Origin: Steroidobacteraceae bacterium | Lineage (GTDB): Bacteria > Pseudomonadota > Gammaproteobacteria > Steroidobacterales > Steroidobacteraceae | Reading direction: 5' to 3' | DNA: 64,000 nt | NCBI GenBank assembly: GCA_050738595.1 | Contig: JBOHZR010000141.1 | Coordinates: forward strand, 12,531 to 76,530 | Shown here: one piece after another, positions 47,354 through 56,198 of the stretch | How the letters are laid out: each line of letters begins with the position of its first letter | Numbering within the stretch: the stretch's first letter is position 1 | Translations under genes and position numbers: made by a program | Notes under the pieces: generated by a model | What the model saw: the letters and a program-made list of their open reading frames with translations, nothing else | Databases searched by the model: none | What the model was told of the DNA's origin: nothing

Positions 47354-48230
47354 TCGGATAGTAGCCGTATCCGTAGTAGTAGTGCTCGGAGAGAGAGTTC
47401 AGGCGAGTCTGGTTGAGCAGACACCGAATCGTCTTGGTTTTATCGAGTAACGCGACTGCCTCGAGCACCGCTGGCTGTGGAGTCACCTCGGCTCGGACGA
47501 CGACGACGACCTGATCGATGAGCCGCGCAAGCACGACCGATTCATTGGTGGCGAGAAGCGGGGAGGTGTCGAAGAGTATGATGCGCTGGCGGTCCGCCTG
47601 CCCAAGGCGCGTCACGACTTGGGCCATGCGCTGGCTAGCGAAGAGCTCCGGCGCCACACTCGTGCGACTTCCCGCCGGCATGAACAGCAGCCCCGGGATG
47701 CCGGTGCCGAGTACGAATTCTTCGGGATCGAGATTGTCGTCTGCAGCGCTGTCGGTGATTCCCGGCCGATCCTGCACTTTCAGCGCAGTGCTCAAGTGCC
47801 GTTTCGCGACGTCTGCGTCGACGAGCAGCACAGAATAGTCCTTTTCGCGCGCGATGCCGAGCGCAAGGTTGTAGGAGACGTACGTCTTGCCTTCGCCCGC
47901 GATTGCGCTCGTGACCATCACCCGGTTCGCCTGCGGTGCCTCGGTGCTGCCGATAGGGCCGACCGCCGTCTCGAGCAGTGGCCACTTGATCCGCCGGACC
48001 TGCTCCTGAACCCGATCGGCCGCTGCCCCGGCAGGTGGAAGGACGCCTTCGGCTCGCAGATGGTCGAGGTCGAGCTCGATCGAAGCGCGGGGCTCGTGTC
48101 GCGGCTTCGAAGGGCCAGCGACCGAAATGACCAGATCACGCGGCCTGCGTGTCCGCACCTGATGCACCGGTTCTCGTCCGGGTACGCTCGCACTCCTGTG
48201 TTTCCCGAGCGCTCTCTCGATGATGCTCAT
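47331..48230 (-). CDS. BY-kinase-type P-loop ATPase (EPS/PEP-CTERM locus tyrosine autokinase)
   Basis: ORF trimmed to the ATG at aa 18 (MSIIERALGK). Walker A SAIAGEGKTY, Walker A' LLVDADV, Walker B IILFDTSP, and a C-terminal Tyr cluster EHYYYGYGYY. Confidence 0.75.
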   Translation of the reverse strand: MSIIERALGKHRSASVPGREPVHQVRTRRPRDLVISVAGPSKPRHEPRASIELDLDHLRAEGVLPPAGAAADRVQEQVRRIKWPLLETAVGPIGSTEAPQANRVMVTSAIAGEGKTYVSYNLALGIAREKDYSVLLVDADVAKRHLSTALKVQDRPGITDSAADDNLDPEEFVLGTGIPGLLFMPAGSRTSVAPELFASQRMAQVVTRLGQADRQRIILFDTSPLLATNESVVLARLIDQVVVVVRAEVTPQPAVLEAVALLDKTKTIRCLLNQTRLNSLSEHYYYGYGYYPNERPKEP

Positions 48231-48237
48231 GGCGTCT

Positions 48238-49839
48238 TCATCCAAGGAGTCTATGGGCGAGCCGGCTGACAGGCTCCGCAAGGCCGATCGCGAGTGTGTA
48301 GGCGACGAGCAGACAGGCGCCTCCGACGCCGACGAGGAACTGCTCGCGTCGAAACAGCGGGGGGATCGGGTCCTTACTGAAGAAGCTGATCGAGCCCAAA
48401 ACCGGCAGGCCCGTGATCGTCGTCAGCATCGCTCGAGAAACGAACACGGGGTTTAGCTCACTGAGCAGAATAGATAGTGCCACACCGGCGAGCAGGGCCG
48501 CCGCCAGCACCATGGTGATCAGCCGCGGTCTATTTGGGCTCGACGCTATCAGTGGGCGCGTCGGCGGCTCGATAATGCGAAACTTCACTTGATCGTTGCT
48601 GGCTTCGGCCTGCTCCGACAACCGTGCAGAATCGAGCCTCTGCAGCAGCGCCTGGTATTGCGCCCTCGTGACTTCGTAGTCGCGCGTCAGCTGTGTGAGT
48701 TGCGCCTCCACCGTCGGAATCGTGTTCACGCGCGATTTGAGATCGCTTACGACGTGTTGCTCGTCCTCGATCTGCTGCCGCAGCTCCGCGATGATCACCT
48801 CGGTACGGCTCAGGTCCAGGCGCAAGTTCTGATAGACCGGATTCAAGTCGAGCGCGTACGCCTCGGCCTGTGAGCGATCCTTGGGAAGTTGGGGGCCCGT
48901 GTTGCGCGACTTGGCCTTGGCTGCCTTGGCGGCGGCCGCCTTTTGAGCTTCAAGTTGCGCGATGGTTTCCTTCAGCGCTATCACCTTCGGGTGCTTATCG
49001 GTGTACAGCAGCAGAAGTTGGTCTAACTGACGCCGATATGCCCCGATCTGCGCGTCGATCGGGGAGTTACCGCTGTCGCCCGCTTCGCCTGTCGAGGAAA
49101 ACAGTCCGAAGGTCGGCTCCTCACCCTGGAGTTGCTTATTGACCTCGGTGCGTCTCTCGTCCGCGAGGCGCATCTTAGCTTGGAGGTCCTGAAGCTTCGA
49201 GTTTTCGGACTGCAGTCGGGTGAAGTAATCGCCGGCCTGGTCCGGCATCAGCCCGACATTATGACGCTTGAAGTCGGCGAGCCGATCCTCCGCACTCTTC
49301 AAGCGGGCGGCGTAGTCCTGGATCTGGGTCTGCAAGAACTGTTGCGCGGACCCCGAGTCCGCCCGCTTGATGCCGAGCGTATCCTCGACGAAAGCGTCGA
49401 GCAGATGCTGCACTACACTCTGTGCCATCGCAGGATCGCGATCCGAATAATGAAGCGAGTAGACGTTGCCGCTGCCTTCGAGCGTCATCTGCTTTGAAAG
49501 CGAATCGATGAGACTCGCGAACTGCTCTGGGGTGCGCGCCCGATCAGCCAGACCGGTCTCGCGAGCGACGCGCTCGAGATGCGGCCGGCCCATGATGACG
49601 CGCGCCATCATCTCTACGCGGCTCGTTACGTTCGCGTTGACGGCGAGGCCGCTCAGGAGCGGCTTTAGAACCGAGTCGGTGTCCACGTAGACGCGCGCTC
49701 GCGCCTCGTACATGTTCGGCATCAGAACGACCGCGGCCCAGCCGACGATGGCGACGACCCAGGCCGCCGCGAGCGCGTACCAGTGATAACGCCACGCACC
49801 GCGTATCTGGATCAGAATCTGGCCGAGTGTTTCCTTCAT
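48238..49839 (-). CDS. polysaccharide chain-length determinant (Wzz-like, PEP-CTERM locus subfamily)
   Basis: 533 aa. N-terminal TM segment plus a Wzz-like segment (YHWYALAAAWVVAIVGWAAVVLMPNMYEARARVYVD), a long coiled-coil middle and C-terminal TM spans. Confidence 0.75.
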   Translation of the reverse strand: MKETLGQILIQIRGAWRYHWYALAAAWVVAIVGWAAVVLMPNMYEARARVYVDTDSVLKPLLSGLAVNANVTSRVEMMARVIMGRPHLERVARETGLADRARTPEQFASLIDSLSKQMTLEGSGNVYSLHYSDRDPAMAQSVVQHLLDAFVEDTLGIKRADSGSAQQFLQTQIQDYAARLKSAEDRLADFKRHNVGLMPDQAGDYFTRLQSENSKLQDLQAKMRLADERRTEVNKQLQGEEPTFGLFSSTGEAGDSGNSPIDAQIGAYRRQLDQLLLLYTDKHPKVIALKETIAQLEAQKAAAAKAAKAKSRNTGPQLPKDRSQAEAYALDLNPVYQNLRLDLSRTEVIIAELRQQIEDEQHVVSDLKSRVNTIPTVEAQLTQLTRDYEVTRAQYQALLQRLDSARLSEQAEASNDQVKFRIIEPPTRPLIASSPNRPRLITMVLAAALLAGVALSILLSELNPVFVSRAMLTTITGLPVLGSISFFSKDPIPPLFRREQFLVGVGGACLLVAYTLAIGLAEPVSRLAHRLLG

Positions 49840-49851
49840 GCTCGCCGCCTA

Positions 49852-50517
49852 TCAAAACATGGTTTCCGGAATGACGAGGACGTCTCCGGGACACATGTCC
49901 TTGTTCTGCCGTACATCTCCCCGATTGAGTAAATCTCCGAGGCGAACGCGGATTTCGGTCTCCTTGCCGTTCGGTCCTCTGCGGAGGATCCGGGCGTGAT
50001 TGAGAGAAGCGTAGGGAGCGAGCGCCCCAGCCTGGATCACCACGTCCATCACCTTCGTGCCGCGCTTATAGGGAAGCGCCAACGGCTTTTGCACGCCTTG
50101 GCCGACGATCCGGATCTGCTCCTCCAGGGTGCCGACGAAGTGCGTAACGATTACGTTGACCTTCGGGGCGCGCAGGTATTCGCCCAGTCTCTGCTCGATC
50201 GCGCGGGCAAGCTCCGTTGGAGTTTTGCCGCTCGCCGCGATTCGATCGATCAACGGCATCGAGATATACCCATCCGGGCGCACTGGAACGGGACCGCTCA
50301 GGTCCTTCTCATCGTAGACGAATATGTTCAACTCATCGCCCGGTCCGATCTTGTATTCAGCCTTCGGACAGACGTCCGCCGCAGCGGTTCTCGCTCGCCC
50401 GTCGCCCTGCGCGCCAGTGGGTGTGGCAGCGCACCCCGACAGCCACATCGATCCCGCGAGCAGCGCGGTGGCGATCACTCTGCGCCCGCTTGCTCGGCCA
50501 TGATGCTTCGTCGTCAT
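49852..50517 (-). CDS. polysaccharide export lipoprotein (Wza/Poly_export type, PEP-CTERM system-associated)
   Basis: ORF trimmed to the ATG at aa 25. Lipobox MWLSGC, YKIGPGDELNIFVY Poly_export motif and an SLBB-like C-half. Confidence 0.8.
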   Translation of the reverse strand: MTTKHHGRASGRRVIATALLAGSMWLSGCAATPTGAQGDGRARTAAADVCPKAEYKIGPGDELNIFVYDEKDLSGPVPVRPDGYISMPLIDRIAASGKTPTELARAIEQRLGEYLRAPKVNVIVTHFVGTLEEQIRIVGQGVQKPLALPYKRGTKVMDVVIQAGALAPYASLNHARILRRGPNGKETEIRVRLGDLLNRGDVRQNKDMCPGDVLVIPETMF

Positions 50518-50855
50518 CCTTCGTCCGTCGTTTGCGGGCCGTTTCCGCAGCGAGAATGCCTGCTCGAACGCAGTCGCGCGTCTCATCACCGCCGTTCGCA
50601 GGACCCGTTGCAGTCGCGTTCGTTTTGGTTCGATGACCCCTGTATCAAGGGGTATCGTCGGCTCCGGGCACCGAAATGCCCTAAATCCGATGCGTTAGGG
50701 TGCCTATGCGGGCTCACCGACGCGTTGCGCTGATTCTCACATTCCGTGAGTTGACGATATCATGGAATGGTCAGGTTCGCGCGAGGCCGCTGGGAATGGC
50801 GGGGAACGGCGGGAGCGGACTCCGCGGCCGCGACCTAGAGCTCGTCGCTATGCGC

Positions 50856-51341
50856 TCAGAGGGATGCTGAGATAGTGTTGGTGGGCGTGCTGTCATCGCC
50901 CTCGGCGTCGACCGCTACGATGGCGAAATACCACGTTCCCGACGGCAGATTCTGAAAGGTATAGGTCGTGACGGCGGGATCGGTGATGGCAACCGACTGG
51001 TCGAGGGCGCTGGCGGACTCGCCGAAGACCACTTTGTAGCCGGCCAGCTCGCCATTGGACACGGCGGTGCCGTCGGTATTCTCGTTGGGCACAGTCCACT
51101 CGAGCGTGACGCCGCCGGGCGGAGACGACGACGAGCCGTCGCTCGAAGTCGAGCTCGAGGAGGAAGCGGAGGAGCTCGACGTAGACGCGCTGGAGGATGA
51201 AACTGCGGCGAGTCCGGCAGCGCCCGCAGCGCCATTGGAGGGGTCATTGCCGCCGCCGCAGGCTGTCAGCGCGGCCGCAACGCCTATGGCCATGAGCCCC
51301 GCTGCGATTGAGGCATGATTTGACGCACGAGTCTCGCGCAT
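50856..51341 (-). CDS. small lipoprotein: Ser-rich linker plus fibronectin type III-like domain
   Basis: Start at ATG 51341 or GTG 51353. Lipobox ALTACGG, a 26-aa Ser-rich tract, then VTLEWTVPNENTDGTAVSNGELAGYKVVFG...YTFQNLPSGTWYFAIVAVDAEGDDS (FN3-like). Confidence 0.55.
   Translation of the reverse strand: MRETRASNHASIAAGLMAIGVAAALTACGGGNDPSNGAAGAAGLAAVSSSSASTSSSSASSSSSTSSDGSSSSPPGGVTLEWTVPNENTDGTAVSNGELAGYKVVFGESASALDQSVAITDPAVTTYTFQNLPSGTWYFAIVAVDAEGDDSTPTNTISASL
51123..51200 (-). repeat. low-complexity Ser-rich coding tract
   Basis: Encodes SSSSASTSSSSASSSSSTSSDGSSSS (aa 48-73, counted from ATG 51341). Confidence 0.6.
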
Positions 51342-51401
51342 AACACTCCCCACCCGTTTCTGTTGCCCAGGCGCAAGCGAAGGCCAGGGCTTGCCGGGTA
51401 A

Positions 51402-51417
51402 AGCAAAATTCGGGCCC
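51402..51417 (-). promoter_or_regulatory. candidate sigma-54 (-24/-12) promoter for the FN3 lipoprotein gene
   Basis: Minus strand reads gGGCCCG-AATT-TTGCT, with GG and GC exactly 12 nt apart. It shares TTTGCTT with the two PEP-CTERM promoters. The GC lies about 62 nt upstream of ATG 51341. It has one mismatch in the -24 element. Confidence 0.35.
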
Positions 51418-51734
51418 TTTACGTGAACTATCGGAAAATCAAAAGGTTAACAACGCCAGCCCCGAGACCTCGGTGTGCACAGCATGGCTTTTCGAATTAA
51501 TCTCGTCGTGCTCGAGCGACGCGACGTAGCGCCGGACAGGACTTCGAACGGGCAACTCCTTGATATTTAAGGACTCGGTCGAGTCTGCGAACGACGACAG
51601 ATGTGACCTCTGGGGTCCCGGCGCTCGGATTAGGAGCGAGGCGCCAGACTCGTGAGCTCGGACACGCAGCTCGTGGCGGCGACCGGAGTAAACTCGCGCA
51701 CTGCGACGGGGCTGGATGCCACAAATAACACCAG

Positions 51735-53348
51735 ATGAATGATGTGAATCACCAGCTACCGCCGCCGCCAGCTGACGGCATGCGCCGTGAAATCCCGATA
51801 CCGGCCCTCCGAGCACTCTGGCCCCAAGTAAGCGCCGTGTACCCGTCGGCGCTCGTGTTGCTCGGAGCTGTCGCCGCCGCGGCGCTGGCTGTCTGGCCCA
51901 CCTGGCCGGCGCTCCTGACGACTTGGCACGTGATGCCCGACTACGATTATGCAGAGCTGCTCGTCCCCTTCATCGTCGGATGGCTTGCCGCTCGCTGCGC
52001 GCGGCTGCCGAAGCCGACGGCGCGGATGTCGCCATTCGCCCTCGCAGCGCTCCTCGCGGCCTTTTGCGTCTGGCTCGTGGCGTACCAGGCTTCGAGCAAC
52101 ATCGGCGAACAGCTGATGGTTCCGGCGATCCTCTTGACCGCTTTGTGGACGGCGTTCGGATTGCCGATCGCCAAGCGGATGGCGGTACCTGTCGCCTGTC
52201 TCTATTTCGCGATCCCACTCTGGGAATTCCTCGTCCCCGTTCTCCAAAGCGCCGGTGTCTGGGTCGCCGAGACCGTCCTCGGCCTGGTCGGTGTCCCGGT
52301 GCACATCGCGGGCAATCTCGTGAGCATCCCGGAGGGGACGTTCCAGATCGCCGAGGCGTGTGCGGGCCGGCGCTACTTCGTCGTCTGCGTCACGATCGCC
52401 GCACTGCTCGCCGGAACCAGCCGGATGCGGCCCCTGCGGGCGATCTCTTTTATGGTTCTTGCGGGCGCCCTCGCGATCGTCATGAACTGGATTCGCATCC
52501 TGACGGTCCTCTACGCGGGCCACATCACGAACATGCAGAGCTATCTCGTCCGCGTCGAACATGTGAGCTTTGGATGGGCTCTGTTCGCCGTCCTCATGGT
52601 CATCGTGTGCCTGATCGGCTCGCGCCTCGCCCGGTCCGGAACGCTGCCGCCAACCGCGACTGAGCCGAGTCGCGGGGCCGCCGGCGTACGCGAGCTGCTG
52701 ATGCGGCCTGCGGTGCCCATCACCGCGCTGGTCCTGTTGATTCCAGTCCTGGCCATCATGTACTCGAGATATGAGCTCGGCTCCGGTGCCGCCTCGCAGA
52801 GCGATGAGGCCGCGACGGTGATCCTTCCCGGGAGGGCGCGCGGCTGGCTCGGTCCCCACGCACCCCGCTCTGGCTGGCGACCTCGCTACCAAGGCGCAGC
52901 CGCCACGCAGCGCGCCGGGTATCAGAGTGCAGCGGGCGAGGTTGAGGTATTCATCGCTCAGTACGGCCACGAGCAACCGGGCGCGAAACTCGTGAGCTCC
53001 GCGAACGACTTGTTTCCGACCGACTGGATCGTACTGAACGAAGGCGTGCTCGCAGGCGGTGCTGGCCGCGGGGCGAATGACTATGCTCGGCTGCTTCGGT
53101 TGGCAACCCCGCTCGGCGCGCAGTGGGAGATTAGCTATTTGTACCGCGTCGATGGGTTCGTGACGCGAAGCGCCGCGGCCGCGCAGATTGCGCGCGGAGT
53201 CCTGGGCTGGACAGGCCCGATCCGCTCCCGGATCGCTGCCGTGGCGAGTCGCTGCCGGCCCTCATGTGAGGTCGCCGAGCGGCGCTTGGAAGAGTTCTGG
53301 AGCACGGCCGGCCCGCAGCTGCTCGGTGAGCCCCGATTTGGAGGATGA
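51735..53348 (+). CDS. xrtA: exosortase A (XrtA/EpsH) fused to a C-terminal EpsI-family domain
   Basis: 537 aa. Polytopic N-part with exosortase signature residues in IAEACAGRRYF (Cys), MNWIRILTV (Arg) and VEHVSFGWALF (His). The C-part, WLGPHAPRSGWRPRYQGAAATQRAGYQSAAGEVEVFIAQYGHEQPGAKLVSSANDL, is EpsI-like. Confidence 0.85.
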   Translation: MNDVNHQLPPPPADGMRREIPIPALRALWPQVSAVYPSALVLLGAVAAAALAVWPTWPALLTTWHVMPDYDYAELLVPFIVGWLAARCARLPKPTARMSPFALAALLAAFCVWLVAYQASSNIGEQLMVPAILLTALWTAFGLPIAKRMAVPVACLYFAIPLWEFLVPVLQSAGVWVAETVLGLVGVPVHIAGNLVSIPEGTFQIAEACAGRRYFVVCVTIAALLAGTSRMRPLRAISFMVLAGALAIVMNWIRILTVLYAGHITNMQSYLVRVEHVSFGWALFAVLMVIVCLIGSRLARSGTLPPTATEPSRGAAGVRELLMRPAVPITALVLLIPVLAIMYSRYELGSGAASQSDEAATVILPGRARGWLGPHAPRSGWRPRYQGAAATQRAGYQSAAGEVEVFIAQYGHEQPGAKLVSSANDLFPTDWIVLNEGVLAGGAGRGANDYARLLRLATPLGAQWEISYLYRVDGFVTRSAAAAQIARGVLGWTGPIRSRIAAVASRCRPSCEVAERRLEEFWSTAGPQLLGEPRFGG

Positions 53349-53352
53349 CATA

Positions 53353-56181
53353 ATGGGTAAGCTCGAACGCGCCGGACTACGCATTCCGCCGCTGCTCGCG
53401 GGAGTCATCGCCGCAGGCTGTCTCTCGGGTTGCGGCATTGCAATCACATCCCAGCAAGTCCTCGCGCGGGCGAATCGCAATCTCGCGGCGCATCACTACC
53501 GCGCCGCGGCCGTCGACCTGCAGAATCTGGTCGCCAAACGGCCCGATGATGCATCGCTTCACCTGAAGCTCGCCGAAGCCCTCTTGCACACCGGTCGCTA
53601 TGTGGAATGCGAGGCGAACTTGCGTAGGGGGCAGCGCCTGGGTGCCCCCTGGAGCGCGATACTCCCGGAGCTCACCGAGACGCTCCTCGATGAGAGCCAG
53701 CCGCAGCAGGCGCTCGAGTTGATCAACGCACATCAAGGCGGGGCCGTTCGGGACGAGCGATTGCCCTCCGTACGCGGGCGTGCGCTGCTCGCTCTTGGCA
53801 AGCTCGACGAGGCACAGGCTGCGCTTGGTCAGGCGCTCGCCCTGGATCCCGCCGATACGCAGGCGCGGATTGCGCTAGCGACGCTGCTCGAGCGTCGGGG
53901 CGATACGGGCAGTGCGAAAGCGACGCTCGATCGAGCCGTCGCGGAGGCTCCAGGTGATTTCTGGGCGCATTTCGCGCTCGGTTCCTGGTACGCACGCAAC
54001 CGGCGAGTGGGCGACGCCCACGGGGAATTCTCCCGTGCGCTCGAGCTCGCTCACGCCGGGAACATCGCGGGCAGCGAGCCAGACTTCGATGAATTGCGAG
54101 CACTGGCTGCTCTTGCGGACACGGAGCTCACCGCGGGGAACCTTTCCTCCGCGAAGACCCGCGTCGCGCAGCTTCACAAGCTCGCGCGCGCGAACTCGAT
54201 GACCCTTCTCCTCGAAGCGCGGCTTGCGCTCGCCGAGAAGCGAACGGATGACGCCCGAACGGCACTCGAGGAGATCCTGAGCCGCGACCCGAACAACGAT
54301 GCGGCCAAGATGCTCCTGGGCGCCGCAAGCGCCGCCGCTGGACAGCTCGGGCAAGCCGACATGTACCTCAGCTCCGCGCTCGCTGCCAACCCTCACGATC
54401 TCGCGGCCCGCAAGCTCCTTGCACAAGTGCAGCTCGAAGAGCACAAGCCGCAGGAGGCGCTCAAGACGGCGACCGATCCAGCCGCGGCCCTGGATTCCGA
54501 TTTGCTCGCGGCGGCGAGTCAAGCGAGCTTGATGAAGGGCGATCTTGCGGATGCCACTCAGTTCCTCGAGCGCAGCGCGCAGGCGGCACCGCAGGACAAG
54601 CTCCGCTCGCTGCAGCTCGCGGCGGACTATCTCGCGCAGCAGCGGCCAAACGACGCGTTGCAGCTGCTGAAGGGCCTCGCGGTACCGCCGGCCCTTCTCG
54701 TGCGCAGGGAGTTGTTGCTCTTCCTGGCACTCTCGAAAACAGGCTCTCCGGCCATAGTCGGCGAGGAAGCCAAGCAGTTCGCGGCGGCCCACCCGCGAGA
54801 CATGGATGCGCTCCTGCTCAGCGCCGAAGCGCTTGCGAGCACGAAGGACATCGATTCAGCGCGGCATCTGATCGAGGATGCCACGCGGCTCGACAGCCGT
54901 TCGGCCCGGCCGTGGGTGGTTCTGGGCGCGCTCGAATGGTCGCAAAAGAATCGGGCGGCCGCCGGCGAAGCGTTTCGCCATGCGCTGCAGGTCGATCCTC
55001 GGAGCACCGGCGCCGAGCTCGGCGAGGCGGAAGTGGCTCTGGCCTCCGGCAATCGTGACACGGCAATCCAGCACCTCGAGCGAGCTCGCACGCTTGCGCC
55101 TCGCTTGCTGTCCGCGCGTGTGGCCCTGACTCGGATCTACCTCGAGACGGAGCAGGTTCAGCGCGCAGCGGGCCCGCTTGCGGAGGCTCGCAAGCTTGCG
55201 CCCAACGATCCGACCATCCAGCTGCTGTCCGGAGCCGCGGCGCTGGAGCAGGCTGACACATCGACCGCGGTATCGACCTTCGAACGAATGTCCGCGGCTT
55301 ACCCGAAATCGGCATTGTTGCAAGCAGACCTTGCTCGGGCCTATATGCTTGCTCGACGTCCCAATGATGCGCGCAAGGCAAGCGCCGAAGCGGTGCGCCT
55401 GGAGCCGAAGTATTGGCCCGCCCTGGCCCTCGAGACCCAACTCGCGGTCGAGTCCGGGGATCGAGCTAGCATGCCCCGGCTCTTGGGCGATCTGCGCGCC
55501 TCGAACGCGCCTCAGCCGATCGTTCAAATGTTGTCGGGCGATGTCGCGGCAAGCGAAGGAAATCCTCGAGGAGCGCTGCAGGAGTACACCAGTGCCGCCG
55601 CCGCCGTCCCCAGCGCGGATCTTGCGATCAGGATCGCTGCAGTTGAGCACCAGCTGCATGCCCCCGATCCGGACGCTTCACTGCGCCAATGGCTGCAGCG
55701 CTCACCTGGCGACGATCGCGTGCGGCTCGTTCTTGCACAAGACCTGCAGGCGGACGGAGATCGAACCGCGGCCTCGAAGGAATATCAGGCGGTGCTCGCG
55801 AGCGTGCCGAAAAATCTCGTGGCGCTCAACAATCTCGCTTATCTGAAGCTCGAAGCCGGGGATAACGACGACGCGCTGACGCTCGCGCGCAAAGCCTATG
55901 GAGAGGCATCAGCCAATGCCTCCGTGGCGGACACGTTCGGGTGGGCACTGGTGAAGACGGGAAACTCACTCGATGCCGTCCCCGTCCTGCGCACCGCCCA
56001 CCGGGCGGCCGTGAAGGATGCTGAGATCCATTTCCATTTTGCTTACGCGCTGCTTCAGACCGGAGCGACGGATGACGCGCGCCGCGAGCTCCAGGCCGTC
56101 GAGAAGGAGCAGCCGCACGGGCCCGAGGGCGATCAGGCCCGCTCACTCCTTGCAGGCCTCGGGCGTACGGCTCGGCGCTGA
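53353..56181 (+). CDS. prsT: PEP-CTERM system TPR-repeat lipoprotein
   Basis: ORF 53188-56181 trimmed to the ATG at aa 56, with GGAGGA 9 nt upstream. Lipobox CLSGCG. About 900 aa of continuous TPR-like repeats. Confidence 0.8.
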   Translation: MGKLERAGLRIPPLLAGVIAAGCLSGCGIAITSQQVLARANRNLAAHHYRAAAVDLQNLVAKRPDDASLHLKLAEALLHTGRYVECEANLRRGQRLGAPWSAILPELTETLLDESQPQQALELINAHQGGAVRDERLPSVRGRALLALGKLDEAQAALGQALALDPADTQARIALATLLERRGDTGSAKATLDRAVAEAPGDFWAHFALGSWYARNRRVGDAHGEFSRALELAHAGNIAGSEPDFDELRALAALADTELTAGNLSSAKTRVAQLHKLARANSMTLLLEARLALAEKRTDDARTALEEILSRDPNNDAAKMLLGAASAAAGQLGQADMYLSSALAANPHDLAARKLLAQVQLEEHKPQEALKTATDPAAALDSDLLAAASQASLMKGDLADATQFLERSAQAAPQDKLRSLQLAADYLAQQRPNDALQLLKGLAVPPALLVRRELLLFLALSKTGSPAIVGEEAKQFAAAHPRDMDALLLSAEALASTKDIDSARHLIEDATRLDSRSARPWVVLGALEWSQKNRAAAGEAFRHALQVDPRSTGAELGEAEVALASGNRDTAIQHLERARTLAPRLLSARVALTRIYLETEQVQRAAGPLAEARKLAPNDPTIQLLSGAAALEQADTSTAVSTFERMSAAYPKSALLQADLARAYMLARRPNDARKASAEAVRLEPKYWPALALETQLAVESGDRASMPRLLGDLRASNAPQPIVQMLSGDVAASEGNPRGALQEYTSAAAAVPSADLAIRIAAVEHQLHAPDPDASLRQWLQRSPGDDRVRLVLAQDLQADGDRTAASKEYQAVLASVPKNLVALNNLAYLKLEAGDNDDALTLARKAYGEASANASVADTFGWALVKTGNSLDAVPVLRTAHRAAVKDAEIHFHFAYALLQTGATDDARRELQAVEKEQPHGPEGDQARSLLAGLGRTARR

Positions 56182-56198
56182 TCCGCAGCGGCGCCGGT

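Noticed and set aside
50667-50703. GGCACC...CCCTAA-N10-TTAGGG-TGCC inverted repeat with -24/-12-like strings upstream of the export operon
   Set aside because: Both candidate -24/-12 readings have GG-GC spacing of 11 or a mismatched -24 element. The hairpin stem is only 6 bp with a 10-nt loop. This is not enough for a call.
51756-52976. 406-aa minus-strand ORF
   Set aside because: It is antisense to the exosortase gene and is a highly charged Arg/Asp/Glu-rich translation.
53188-53352. Upstream extension of the prsT ORF
   Set aside because: It overlaps the 3' end of xrtA-epsI. The ATG at 53353 has a GGAGGA Shine-Dalgarno sequence and gives a proper lipoprotein signal peptide.
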